Below, one piece after another: positions 1 to 12,735 of a DNA stretch of 64,000 bases. The notes below the pieces were generated by a model. That model saw only the letters and a program-made list of their open reading frames with translations, did not search any database and had not been told where the DNA came from. Made by a program: the position numbers and the translations under genes. How positions within the stretch are numbered: position 1 is the first letter of the stretch; each line of letters starts with the position of its first letter. Source of the DNA: Phoronis australis (taxonomy: Eukaryota > Animalia > Phoronida); NCBI GenBank assembly GCA_002633005.1, contig NMRA01000454.1:1-64000 (forward strand). Reading direction: 5' to 3'.

Positions 1-227
1 TTGATCTCCTTTCTGAAAATATTGTCAACGAGTGTCCTTTTTATAATAACAGTAGAATGTAGACCATACTCAGAGATATTTAAACAGGATTTGATTTTAT
101 TCCCATCCATGCATCCTTTGTCACAAATATGTGACGTAACAAAATTCGTCTTGTCCAACACATTGTGAACAGTACCATTACACACAAACGAAAAATACGA
201 GACAATTAGGGAAACTCAAAACATTAC

Positions 228-312
228 CCAATGGTATTTAAGTACAGGAAAAGATCGAGCGCATCGTTCACGACACAGCCATCGTTAAGGTTCTTGACCG
301 ACACTGCTACAC
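228..312 (-). CDS. ASS1: Argininosuccinate synthase internal exon (G)VAVSVKNLNDGCVVNDALDLFLYLNTIG; gene continues beyond the window start
   Basis: Manual translation resembles human ASS1 GVPVKVTNVKDG...LELFMYLNEVAG. Acceptor cccag and donor gtaatg; phase fits the exon at 2062-2180. Confidence 0.9.
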
Positions 313-631
313 CTGGGAAGAAATGTCAATGACTTGTCAATCAATAACCACAATTACCTGCACCAACCATGAATAACACAGGCTACACATACCAAATTAC
401 ACAGCTGGACAGACTGCAGGCTACCTTTTTAATGTTCAAACTCTATACCACAGCTATCACCAAACAATATTTTGAAAATTTATGGGCATTTTTGCAACTG
501 TTTCAAACCCCTTCGAAAAATTTAAAAAGGGCCAATTTGACAGCAGTACTATTTTTGTCTGAAATTGGAGTGATTTTGAGGCAGCAAATTCCTACAGATT
601 TAGTAGATCATGAATGCCATGGCAACAATTT

Positions 632-868
632 CAAGGCTTGGAATGACAAATGACAAAAAAGAGAAAAGTTTTCTAGGTGGTGTAGAGTCTTGTGCCATAG
701 AAATATTTTTTGTGTTGTGAAATTTAACTGAAAAAACGATTTTACATGAATGAAGTCGAAATAAGGATAAAAAAGAGACGAAGAAAGAGGAAATCAGAAA
801 TCAAATAAGAGGAAATCAAAACCAAAAAAGATTTCAACCCTCTTAAAAGAGGAAATTTCCAAGCCCTG
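632..868. mobile_element. Small MITE with CAGGGCTTG-type terminal inverted repeats (hAT-like ends); related copy at 8793-8965
   Basis: Ends caaggcttgg...ccaagccctg. Shares the internal aagaggaaat...tcttaaaagaggaaatt block with 8890-8965. Confidence 0.5.
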
Positions 869-2061
869 AATTTGCAGGGTGCCAAATTTCTTTTTCTTTA
901 TTAGTTGCACATTGTCAGATTGTGACATAAAATTTGCCAAAAAGCATTCGCTGGAAGCTTTTGATTCGCAACACTAAGTAGTACAGTAAAGATTCTCTAG
1001 TTTGGTAGTCTCTGAAACTTGTGACACTGAAATTCCAGCCAAAATGGATTCTGAAGAATGGGACAACTATTATACATTGTAAAGTCTGAACCGTAAAATT
1101 GTCAAAAACAGCTGCCACCAAAACAAACATCTTTTTTGTAAGTTAGGCATGGCTAATATTAGTATTTCTAAAGTTGATACTGATCCAACCTTGAATAAAA
1201 TAATTAATTTTTCACTGTGTCCTAACTTGGAGACTTGTTACCATTATTGGCGACATTTTACCCCCTGCAAAGTATGAGTAACAAAACCTATGTTGAACTG
1301 AATGAAAAACTTAAGATTGCCAGAAATAAAATATTCCAAAAATTCCAATGACCAATTCAAAAAGGCATCAGTGCAGTGTAAGTTAAGTTTTGGCCAGATG
1401 AATATAGACTGCTGTTCACTTACCAAACAAACCTATACGGTAACTATAGCAACAAAAGCCTTGTATACAAAAATCTAAAAGCACCACACTTAACAAGGAG
1501 TTAAAGTCACAATTCATCCACAGACAACGTGCGCATAGAGCGGGGAATTGAAATGTTTACGGAACAACACTCGGTTATTTGCACAAAATTTCACCAAGGA
1601 CCCGGTACTTACCTAGCAACTGCCATGATAGCCATCACTGGGATAGCCAGTTTTAAAGAACGACAGCTTGGACATGGCCAAGAGAGAAAAAATGCTCGTT
1701 TTAAGATAACCTCAGCGAAAATGATGGCTACATGAAGAATGTAACATTTCTGCCTGTGTAAATTATATTGAAATTGGGTACAAATAATTGGTTCAGTTCC
1801 ATAAATATTGAAACATAAATCCAGATTACAGACTATTACCCACAATGTTTACCACCACTATCAAACTGATGATCGGAAACGCTGGCAGCCATATTTCCCC
1901 TGTCCTGTGACCTCAGGGTGACCGCATACGAAATCCCCCCATATGGCGAGACAGTATCAATCTCATGAATTTACATGGCAATTGCCCACTTTTCACATCC
2001 TAGAAGAGTCCCTGTCATGGACCCCTAAAGGGCAAGGAAATACTTGGCATGACAGCAGTAC

Positions 2062-2180
2062 CTCGTTTGAATTCAATCTCCAGTTTGTCCGGTTTATCAG
2101 GTGACTTTCTGGGGTCAGTGGTCATTAAGTAAAGGTCAGGTGCCTCAGTCTTGGGATCTTCAAGGATTCCAGCTTCATAA
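2062..2180 (-). CDS. ASS1: Argininosuccinate synthase internal exon (S)[40 protein letters not shown]
   Basis: Matches ASS1 [10 protein letters not shown]...PDILEIEFKKG. Acceptor cattag, donor gtactg. Confidence 0.95.
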
Positions 2181-2549
2181 CTAATGGAGAAAATGTCAAA
2201 GGGCAAAGGTTAACCTACTCTGTAATGCCATAAACAACAATTTAACAATAACAACAATAAAAAGAACTAATCTTAAATTTATCACGCCTTATGAATTGAT
2301 ACCATTGTTGTAGTCCCAGTGTTTATAACATGTTTATGATGGACAACTCTGCACCTGATTACCCATTGTTAATCTCCAAGGAAAGATAAACTCAGCTGAA
2401 GTTGGCCGATTTCAATGAAGATTAGGTAGGAATTTAAGGATAGCGAACCAATCGAGTTGTCAAACTAGACTGGTTAGGTATGAGTGTAGAATTCTTAACA
2501 CGTTTGGGGCTTAACGAGTTATAGCCACAACAATGAGCAGAGACAGTAC

Positions 2550-2695
2550 CTGATGTGCATGAGATTTGCTTCCATGCTCCAGGGGGAGCTCTTGGTGACC
2601 GGTAGGGGTGTGTTGTTCTTTTCGGCATAGTCAAGGAGATCAGTTCGACCTTTGAACCGCTCGAAGAACTCTGGCATTGTCCATGGAGGTATCAC
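2550..2695 (-). CDS. ASS1: Argininosuccinate synthase internal exon VIPPWTMPEFFERFKGRTDLLDYAEKNNTPLPVTKSSPWSMEANLMHI(S)
   Basis: Matches ASS1 [20 protein letters not shown]...PWSMDENLMHIS. Acceptor tgcag, donor gtactg. Confidence 0.95.
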
Positions 2696-3323
2696 CTGCA
2701 TCAGATCAATTGACAATTCAACATGGCACTAAACACGGGGAAACTAAAATGGAGGACAAATTTAAACTCAGGGGGTTGACGAAAGCGGAGGACTTGAACC
2801 TCAAAATCCAAAAAATGGTAAATATCAAATGACTCTGACAGTTAATGGCTTCCAAAATTGAACAAGCTGCTCTGAGGCAAATCTTGGACTAGGAACGGGA
2901 TAATTAGCACACAGAGTAATTAGCACAGGATAATTAGCACTGAGTAATCAGCACAGAAAACTTAAACATCTATCAGCAGATTAACGTCACATTAGTAGGA
3001 AGATTGGTTTATTATGCATGTCATGATTCCTAATAAAGATTTTTACAGGGTATTTTTAGTTGGTCAAGATTTAGAAGGGTTTGCCTTTTGACTTCAGCCA
3101 TTCAAGTTCCATCGCGTAAAAAGCAGGAATTCTCCAGATTGGGAAAAAACTTTGAAAAATCAATTATTTTGCTCAAGGCTGGATATTGTCTAAAGTCAAG
3201 AATCACAGTCGGCAACAAATGCCATTCACTTTTGCACACAAAGGGGATGGATGAAGACGTTGCGTAGCGACCAGTTTCCAGAATTTTGTAAACATCCGAG
3301 TGTAATGACTTTCAGATTCAATG

Positions 3324-3520
3324 AGGAGACAGTGTGACTCAATGGTTAGAGCACCGGATTACCACGTGGGAGAACTGGGTTCAAATGCTGGCTTCACTGG
3401 CTGAGATTTGAGCTTTGCACAAAGGTGTATCCTATTCCTCTGAGCTCGGTCTCACTTGCGAACGTGTGCAAGGGAGTGAATGAGAACCTGGATGCCGGCA
3501 ACACAAAAGCGATTTATGGG
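3324..3520 (+). mobile_element. tRNA-derived SINE
   Basis: A-box-like TGACTCAATGG and B-box-like GGTTCAAATGC at tRNA spacing, without a closable cloverleaf, followed by non-tRNA sequence. Confidence 0.55.
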
Positions 3521-3961
3521 CTGTGCTCATATTGTTTTTAAAGCTTTCAGATTCAATGCAAAACCCAGTGTCCCAAAATTGAAAACAAAATATGAAAGGT
3601 GAAATCGCCCATGTCCCTGTTTTCAGACTCAAGAAAATGTCACTTCAGCTTGAAAATCCATGTCCCAAATTTCTGCGAGAGTTCTGAACTGGAGAATATT
3701 TACTGTACCTGAAATTGGTGGTAATTACTCGTTTCAATGCTTAATATAATACAACCTAACAACAGTGTTGAAGTCCAGCAGTCTTCAGAAGTAAAGACTT
3801 GATCATATTAACAAAAACAAAATATTTTCACTCCATCGTTTCGTTGATTTTCAAATAGAAAATATTAATTTGTCAATTTTTTTCATATTACTGTAAAAAA
3901 TCACACCAGCATTGTTTTACATTTTGTAGCAAGTTATAATCAGCCGACATCCCACACCTGC

Positions 3962-4082
3962 CTCACAGTTAGAGTACAAGGCGTAACAGCAGAGTTCAAA
4001 GCGTATTTGATCGTTCCCCTTCCCCGTGGCTCCATGAGAGATGTACTGGGCATTGTGGTCTTGAGCCACCTGCACTAAAGCT
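3962..4082 (-). CDS. ASS1: Argininosuccinate synthase internal exon [40 protein letters not shown]
   Basis: Contains the ASS signature [14 protein letters not shown]. Acceptor ttccag; the only in-frame donor is GC (GAG|gcaggt). Confidence 0.93.
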
Positions 4083-4199
4083 CTGGAACCAACACAAAGT
4101 TAACGTCACACACTGATTAGTACACTCTACGCTTAGTCTCAGTTAGTGATATTGTATGCAAGGGGCCCAATGAGAACCTGGATATAATGCGACAAGTAT

Positions 4200-4405
4200 C
4201 TTCTATTTATTATTTTTATGATCCATTTTGCTTCATCAGTTTTTCCATGTTATTCATCACTGATTATTTAAATTTTGTCTAATTTGTAATTCTGTTAGTT
4301 TGTCTTTAATTGTCTTTGTATGTTTTTACTGAGGGCCCCCATGGAAAGCAGTGTTAACTGATGGGGCTACCCTCATAGTAAATATTACATTAATAATAAA
4401 TAAAT
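4200..4405 (+). mobile_element. Probable LINE 3' tail (stem-loop plus A-rich tail)
   Basis: T-rich tract, hairpin gagggcccc...ggggctaccctc, then aataataaataaat. Confidence 0.35.
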
Positions 4406-4849
4406 GTGAAAGCGATTTCTGAGATGCAATGTTACAAAGTTAGCTGGATATTTTTCTAGTGTCCAGCATAACCTTAAAAGGGCATGCTTCAGATATGGGC
4501 CTATTTCATGTGGCAGGATAACGGTTTATAATTTGTGTGTTTAAGTATTAGTGTCATACAATGGACATGCCATTAACTAATAAGAACATGAATCAGAGTT
4601 TCACTTGTTGGGAGAAAGACAAGTGTTACATATGATAACATTCATTTAATAATTATTAGACACTGTGCAACCCAATCTAAATATATATTATGCTATTCAA
4701 TTCTCCCTAACCCACAACCTGCCAAGACGGACAACCATGGTTTTTACATAAATTTTCTTATATAACCTACATGAAGGTAACAGTGGGTTATTGATCACCC
4801 AGATTTTTTAAGCACACTAACAAAATTCAATAAAGATCCTAAAAAGCAT

Positions 4850-5215
4850 TTAGGAGATACAGCCATGGGCGCAAAAACAAACAAAACTACCACTATGAGG
4901 CGCCACAGTATTCAAAGTCGTTGGTAAATCATTGTCAACAGCCCTCTTCACAGTAAGATCATATATGACAATTTTCAAAATCATCCCTAGCCTAGAGCGT
5001 ATTGGTTGATAGAAGGGCAGACGGCAAACACAGATTCGAAAATAGGAAAAATGGCCACTGGGTGGCACAAAGTACCGCGAATCTGTCGAAAACGGGAGGA
5101 CGGCATCATCTCACTAACAGATGCTTTAGGAGATACAGCTATGGACGCCAGACGCCCAGACAGAGAGGATGGCAATATGCGACCACATATATATGTAAAT
5201 ATGTGGACACATAGC
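4850..5215 (-). mobile_element. Helitron/Helentron-associated non-autonomous element (HINE-like), same family as 53445-54295
   Basis: Reverse complement shares the ccacatattta..atgtgg.cgcat hairpin, the gtc(c/t) tract and the ccacc.agtggc subunits with the copy in the EcKL intron. Confidence 0.55.
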
Positions 5216-6240
5216 AAACAAGTGTGTTGCACAACAGTTAAGGGTACCTTCTACGTGCCCTCCCATGTATGTGCACATTTAGGCTGACATGCCTTTATTC
5301 TAAACAATGCCTCTTTAATTTTGTTTTTTCCAGTGTGCAATATTAATAAAATATATTTGAAGTGCAATTCCATTTGAGAAGGAGGTACAATATGAGAACA
5401 TTTTGATCAATTGTGAAACAAATATTCATCTTAGCGAATTAATTGATAGTACATCAATTGCCAGGTCTCATGGTAGCTTTCAATGCATGGATTATTTTTT
5501 GATTGATCCTTTTGTCTGACTGAGAAAATTGCTTCTAAAGGGGTGTGACGGATGCACACACCGAACTTGAATTAAAAAAAAAGATTTTTGACATTTCTGT
5601 GAACTTTAAAAAAAGTTATTTTAGTTTTATATAACCATTTAGTGAAATGTTTGTGAAGTACAATACATTATGATATCTTCAAAGAAATTTTTGCTAGACA
5701 ACTCAATGTAAGTTGAGTGAGTGTGAGTAATGTACGTACACTCTGAATTTCTAGTTAAACTCTTTGTTTCTTGTGGCTCGTCTTTTGCCAGTGATTAAAA
5801 ATTACATTAATATGGAGTGAAACTTATATCAATTAATCAAAATACACCTTTTGGATGAAATCTTCACTTCAGTTAAGCCTATGGACATATACACTAAGAT
5901 GTAAAATTTTTCAACACATTTGATCAAATATGTAAAAACAGCCCCCTCAAATCCTCACTTCTCTTGAAAGTTGGTAAACAATGTGGAATCCGATGACAAT
6001 AAGTGCGATCATCATTGTGTATCTGGTACCTGTTAGCACTTAGGAAAACTGTTTTTGAGTTAAGTAGGAATACAAATGTGGAACTAGCCAGTAAGTGAAT
6101 GTCGCTGTCCTGAGTGTGGAGTAGAGTTTAAAACATTACTAATCATCAGTTAAAAATGCATTTTGAGTATCTGTATTTTTGAATTAGGACTCATCCTAAG
6201 CTTGGGTACAGGTTGTGTGGGCGTGTCGTTGGTCCTTCTG

Positions 6241-6247
<7 letters not shown>

Positions 6248-6305
<58 letters not shown>
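6248..6305. repeat. (TA)n microsatellite
   Basis: Directly visible. Confidence 0.98.
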
Positions 6306-6306
<1 letters not shown>

Positions 6307-6467
6307 CCATGTTAATAATGAAGGCAAATGTTTTAAAAATATCAGTATCTTCTTATGACAAAGTCTCAAGCAGATAATTGGTTCAGCATGGTTCAGTTGA
6401 CCGCATCAACCTATGGCATTCATATTGTAATACAAGACACAGGTGCTCTCTTACAGTGTAAAGGCAA

Positions 6468-6785
6468 AAACTTGGCGAAATTAACCAAAAACATGACGAT
6501 AAAGATGATGACGAAGATGACGAATATGACGAAGATGGTGGCGAGGATGAAGTAATAATAACATACACATGACGAACGTAGAAGTCCGAAATCAGTAAGA
6601 AAAAGGCTACAGTCTTGAGCGACACTTGGCGAAATTAACGGAAAAGACGATGACGGAAATGATGACAAAGATGATGATGATGATGATGACGATGATGATG
6701 GTGATGGCGATGATGAACAACATCATAACATTCATATGATGAACTTAGATGTCATAAATCAATAAGAAATAGGCTACAGTCGAGT
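6468..6785. repeat. Two diverged tandem units (~155-165 bp), each with an internal (GAT/GAC)n tract
   Basis: acttggcgaaattaac and ggctacagtc each recur around GAT-rich cores. Confidence 0.75.
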
Positions 6786-9138
6786 TCAATAGAAGCTAAA
6801 CCAACATCAATGCAGCAAGAGCGCTCAACAAAGGAACAGCGTTATCAGAAAATCTCAAATAACTCGAAAAGTAGACGTCCTAGCAAAAAATGTAAAACAT
6901 CTTTAAAAAATTCCAAGTTCAAGGTTCTTGATTTTTGAGAAATATGTAAAATCAAATTATGTAATCATCAATACTAAAACATCATTTCNTTATTAACTGT
7001 AAGTATTCACTAAACCGTTGTCTAAAAATTTAATCACTACAAAGTTTTTAGTATTGACTACATATATCAGTGGGAAACATTTTACAAAATTGTTTAGTAC
7101 TGTTTTGGTCTGCTCTTTTTCATTTTTAAGGGGATTCATATTAATGTCACCAGGACCTCAAAGACTCCTATAGCTACTTTAGTTTTGAGTCTTCAATTGA
7201 TTTAAACAGATATACAGCCACACAATTCAAATCACTTTTTGAAGAAAAGCAAATCTTTGGCCAAGAACTCAAATCAAATCTCAGTAGCAAATCCCATACA
7301 AAACCAACCAAATGTCAATTTATATAAGTATTGGTGAGTTCAGTCTGCAATAATGAAAATAATTCTATACGTTTTGATTGTTCAATATACAGTAGGATGT
7401 CGACACCAATCAACCAGTTGTTGTTGTATATAATTCATTTACAAGAGACAAATGTTCCTTATTAAATCTACAGTATATTTTACCAATGCTTTCAGGATTT
7501 CCAAGTTTTTGCCTGGAGAAGGTGTACTTGCCTTAGACAAGCTGCAAAGAAGTGTGATGACACTGAAGCCAGAGACTGATTAGAATGCGTCTAATTGACA
7601 TCAGGCATACAGAAACTTTATCTTGAGCAACATGGACATCTTGGGAGACATGTGGACAGAGTTGCACAGTTGTGTTTGGACAAAAATATTCACAGACTTT
7701 AATGGGACATACAGACTACACAACAATTGTAGCTGAGCACTGAAACCTGCTTGTGCACAATTGTTACTTTGTGAGATGAAAGCACAACTGTCAGAGTGAA
7801 CTTTTTATTTCTTAGTCTAGTATAAAAAGTCCATTTGGATTTTGACTTGCAACAAGAACCTACAGCATTCTTAAATTAGTTACCATCATGTAGGGCAACG
7901 GCCCCAATTTCGAAAAACCAGTAATGGATTAACTTTTCAAAATAATGTAAAATACTAAAATCGACTTCCCACCTAGTTCTCTGCAACAAATTAATGCTCT
8001 GTAACCATCGAAAACCCTCAAAACTTGGAGGAAAATTTCAAAAAAAAATTTTCAGTCTGCTAAACAGTAAAAGCATGACATACGCTTTTATCAAATTGCA
8101 TGCAACTGTGGGAAAGGCCACCAACCAAGGAACATAATGTCTAATTTGTGAGATAGGGGTATGAGTTTTTAGTTGATTCCTGCTTTTGTCTTTCCTGATT
8201 AATGCCAAAGATGCATGAGCAGGTGACAGAAAGATGATTGGACAAAATTAACAAAACAAGATATCCTTTCAACAGACATAGTCTCCTGGTTGTTTGGCCA
8301 TGGCCCATAATCAGAAGTTGCAACATTTTCTAATTTAAAGTTCCATAGCTTTTGCAATTACCAATCGCGAGTATTCTGCTACTCATGTAACACACCTTAC
8401 TTACAAGCACAACCTCTAACCCAACAGCATAGCCATTCAAAATATATATATTGTAACGTTCAACACCATCACTCTCAAATTCAAGATTTCTAAATGCAGG
8501 TTTTAATATGAATGTGAATTGCCTAAGCAGTAAACCATCACTACAAACATAATTTTACGTAACACAGAAGCTTTATGGTGACCCTTGTATACAAATATCC
8601 GCCTCTCAATGGCCCACCTGAAGACAAACCACTGACTTCACATTTGGCTGAGAAAATAATTAAGAATCAAGAAAACTATCCAATGGTAATACAAGTTAAA
8701 CTGGTATTACCAGTTGTATCTTACTCACCATGTAAAAGTGTCTCTGTAAACCAAACGCTCCATAAAGAAATTGTTTGCACAAAGTTAAGGTTCAGGGCTT
8801 GCAATGATCAGTGACAGGTGATGTATCATTCCACAAATTAATTCTAGGGTCTTTGATTGAGATTTTTGGTATAGAAGTCAAAATAATGATAAAAAAGAGA
8901 CATAAAGAGGAAATTGAAACCAAAAGAGAGTAAATCTTCTTAAAAGAGGAAATTACAAGCCTTGACAGTTTCCAAATTGACACTACACAAACTGCCCATG
9001 GTAGAGTTTGAAGGTCGATGGCCTGACTGAACATGTTAACTTCTGCATAACTGGATGTATCATGACTATAAACCAAACTGTAGTACCAGATGATCCACTG
9101 CAACAAACTAGGGCACATGACTGAATTACACCCAGTTG

Positions 9139-9375
9139 CCATATCATCTTAAATAACCTCTGTCAGGCAGCTTCTTTGATGCATTGACTTCAACTGATGG
9201 CAATCATTCGAAGACGGCAATGTTGTCAGACAACAAGCAGGAGTCATTTTGCTTTTTCCATATCATCTTAAATAACCTCTGTCAGGCAGCTTCTCTGACG
9301 CACTGACTTCTACTTATGGCAATCATTTGAAGAAGGCAATGTTGTCAGACAACAAGCGGGAGTCATTTTGCTTTT
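9139..9375. repeat. Tandem duplication, ~119-bp unit x2
   Basis: ccatatcatcttaaataacctctgtcaggcagcttct...ggagtcattttgctttt occurs at 9139 and 9258. Confidence 0.9.
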
Positions 9376-9545
9376 ATGTTCATGGAAGCAGTGCATGTCA
9401 GACATGTGTTTTAACCGGGTTTTCACAATCATCAGCTCGTCATAGCTCTTAGAAGCCTTCACCAGAATGGACAACCATCTCCTGCTCTTCTTGTTGAAGA
9501 TAAGTTGCTCCCCTAGAAATAATAACAATTGTTTCAATGTCAGTG

Positions 9546-10042
9546 CCAGACACGAAAATGAATGCAGCAGCATTGATTTACCCTGAAACATGAAGAGTGT
9601 GAAACATATGAAACTCTTCAAACAATTAGTACATTATCCACCTCTTTCAGTGTTATAGAAACTTTTTCGAAGTTGTTTCAAACACTGGATAACATGTTTT
9701 CGTTATTCAAAATATAAAAGTATACTACATATAGTTAATTAAGTGATTAGAGTTTCACACCTTTCAAGAAGAAAAAACAATACAAATAACAGCATTNCCA
9801 GACACGAAAATGAATGCAGCAGCATTGATTTACCCTGAAACATGAAGAGTGTGAAACATATGAAACTCTTCAAATAATTAGTACATTATGCACCTCTTTC
9901 AGTGTTATAGAAACTTTTTCGAAGTTGTTTCAAACACTGGATAACATGTTTTCGTTATTCAAAATAAGAAAATATACTACATATAGTTAATTAAGTGATT
10001 AGAGTTTCACACCTTTCAAGAAGAAAAAACAATACAAATAAC
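9546..10042. repeat. Near-identical 252-bp tandem duplication joined by a single N (probable haplotype-overlap artefact)
   Basis: Copies start at 9546 and 9798, N at 9797, only a few substitutions. Confidence 0.85.
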
Positions 10043-10777
10043 ATCATTTGTCACAGGGTGGCTGAATTGTTCCCCACCACATATTAGCAGGTGGTTCATA
10101 AACGATTTAAAGAATAGGGCGTTCAACATGAGTTAGTTTTCTAATTAATGAAGGCATCTATGACCAATGACTCTTGACTATTTCTATGACCTTAAGTCAA
10201 ATCGCTGTTATGGTGTGGAATGCCAAGTGATGTTACTGTGGTCTGTAATAAAGTCTATCCCATCTTACACCATGTCTTAACTTTTTTATTCGGCCTGGAC
10301 AGTTAGCTTCCAGGGCTGTTGTTAGCTAAAAAATGGTACACTTTACTTGGGCATCCAAAAGCTAAATAGGGCAACCTACCTAATGTGTCTAAATTTACGT
10401 CGGGTTGTGTAGTTGGACACCCTAGATGCCACCTAGATGAAGGCCTGCACCTGGGGCTGCCGCCCATGACCGAAGGCCACCCAATTTTCAAAGCTGTGTC
10501 ACTGCTATGCCTATCAGGATGTGATAGTTTTAAACTTAAGGCTTTCATAATTTTAAATGGTAATGATTTTGAAACCAATCTTAATGAAAGCCTCTCTCAA
10601 CCTTTGTGAACACAAAAATAACTGAAGATGTATTTTCATGTCTATTAGGTCAATGAAATGAAAACGCTACAGTGACCTTAGGCAACACGTAACCCCTTGG
10701 TTGGTTGCTGGGTTAGATGCGGCATTCAGGGCTATGTAATTGCATATTGTGACCTTCAAAATGTGACTAACACCTGG

Positions 10778-11646
10778 NNNNNNNNNNNNNNNNNNNNNNN
10801 NNNNNNNNNNNNNNNNNNNNNNNNNNNNNNNNNNNNNNNNNNNNNNNNNNNNNNNNNNNNNNNNNNNNNNNNNNNNNNNNNNNNNNNNNNNNNNNNNNNN
10901 NNNNNNNNNNNNNNNNNNNNNNNNNNNNNNNNNNNNNNNNNNNNNNNNNNNNNNNNNNNNNNNNNNNNNNNNNNNNNNNNNNNNNNNNNNNNNNNNNNNN
11001 NNNNNNNNNNNNNNNNNNNNNNNNNNNNNNNNNNNNNNNNNNNNNNNNNNNNNNNNNNNNNNNNNNNNNNNNNNNNNNNNNNNNNNNNNNNNNNNNNNNN
11101 NNNNNNNNNNNNNNNNNNNNNNNNNNNNNNNNNNNNNNNNNNNNNNNNNNNNNNNNNNNNNNNNNNNNNNNNNNNNNNNNNNNNNNNNNNNNNNNNNNNN
11201 NNNNNNNNNNNNNNNNNNNNNNNNNNNNNNNNNNNNNNNNNNNNNNNNNNNNNNNNNNNNNNNNNNNNNNNNNNNNNNNNNNNNNNNNNNNNNNNNNNNN
11301 NNNNNNNNNNNNNNNNNNNNNNNNNNNNNNNNNNNNNNNNNNNNNNNNNNNNNNNNNNNNNNNNNNNNNNNNNNNNNNNNNNNNNNNNNNNNNNNNNNNN
11401 NNNNNNNNNNNNNNNNNNNNNNNNNNNNNNNNNNNNNNNNNNNNNNNNNNNNNNNNNNNNNNNNNNNNNNNNNNNNNNNNNNNNNNNNNNNNNNNNNNNN
11501 NNNNNNNNNNNNNNNNNNNNNNNNNNNNNNNNNNNNNNNNNNNNNNNNNNNNNNNNNNNNNNNNNNNNNNNNNNNNNNNNNNNNNNNNNNNNNNNNNNNN
11601 NNNNNNNNNNNNNNNNNNNNNNNNNNNNNNNNNNNNNNNNNNNNNN
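10778..11646. other. Assembly gap (N run)
   Basis: Run of N. Confidence 1.
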
Positions 11647-12429
11647 CTAAAACTGCACACATTTAAATCTTTTTTCATTCGTATAATTTTAATTACTGGG
11701 GTTAATTAATAAACTCAACATTTCCCTACGCTCGCCTCTTGCTGTTTTATTTTTTTGCGGCAGTCAAGGGGGGGGCCCGGGCCCCCTGAACCCCCCCTAA
11801 ATCCGCCTCTGACTAAACATCATCGTGTTATGTACGTGAACACGTTTCCCGAAGAACTTACATCGTCTACACTCAATTCACACACAGAACTGCACGGAGA
11901 TATAGGTGCCAACAAGATGCCCTGGACCAAAGATTCACCCGGCGTTTTGTTTCACTGAAACGGAGTTATGCACTGAAAATAATGTTCTAAAATTGGTCCT
12001 ACGGCAGCTGGCAGCGCTGATGTCCGCTGTAACTTACTAGACACCTTGGCGGATTAAAATATGTACATAAGTATTTTATTACCACATTTCTTTGAAAGGC
12101 ATTGATAGCGTAATAAAGGGGCATAACAGACAGTTAACACCCTCTTACGCGGTTTTTGATGCGGAAAATGTGTGCGTCACTCGGATGTATTATTTTCTGC
12201 GAAAACTTGTCGACTTGCCACAAGTCTTGAAGTAGATCTTATGTTTCATATCTAACAAGCTGGTTTTGAAGGAGATTTCTAAAACACTTATACAACCCGA
12301 AAAGGGTTTTTTATAGATCTTTATTGTCAAAATACAAACAGTAAAACGTGATGGAAAAATTTAGCAACCCATTCACGTCCCCAAACATACTGTGCCTGTC
12401 TGGCAAATGTGACGTTTTTACGTTGTTCG

Positions 12430-12735
12430 TCCTTTTTCACGAAGTCGCGCAAGTTGTTTAGCAGACATAACAAAAAGTTTGTGAACAATAGCTTGTAAAT
12501 GTAGATTAGGCATGTGATTCATCACCGATAGGTATTCGATATTCGACATAGCGTTCAGACATTGTTTTAGAAAAAACGCTTAATGCCGGCGCATTTTTCA
12601 GGTTTAATAGCAGGTCAGGAGTAGAGTTTGTTCAGAAACATCAAAGCGACTGTGTGCGGGTCACCGTATTCGTGTTTCAAAGTTTGACGTGACTCTTCAG
12701 TTGTACCATCTTCTGGATTCATGCGTGAAGAGAAA
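12430..12735 (-). mobile_element. Decayed BEL/Pao LTR retrotransposon gag fragment
   Basis: Translation across a stop and frameshift gives MNPEDG...RQTLKHEYGDPHTVALMFLNKLYS*PAIKPE...FLKQCLNAMSNIEYLSVMNH...IVHKL, resembling the BEL gag pattern LKxxYGDP...KLxxWPxIK...IVxKL. Confidence 0.7.

Noticed and set aside
3324-3405. tRNA gene
   Set aside because: A and B boxes are present but stems do not close; better explained as a SINE head.
9546-10042. Recent biological tandem duplication
   Set aside because: An N at the exact junction and allele-level differences point to an assembly overlap.
10667-11678. Long ORFs spanning N runs (also 40151-40597)
   Set aside because: Artefacts of assembly gaps.
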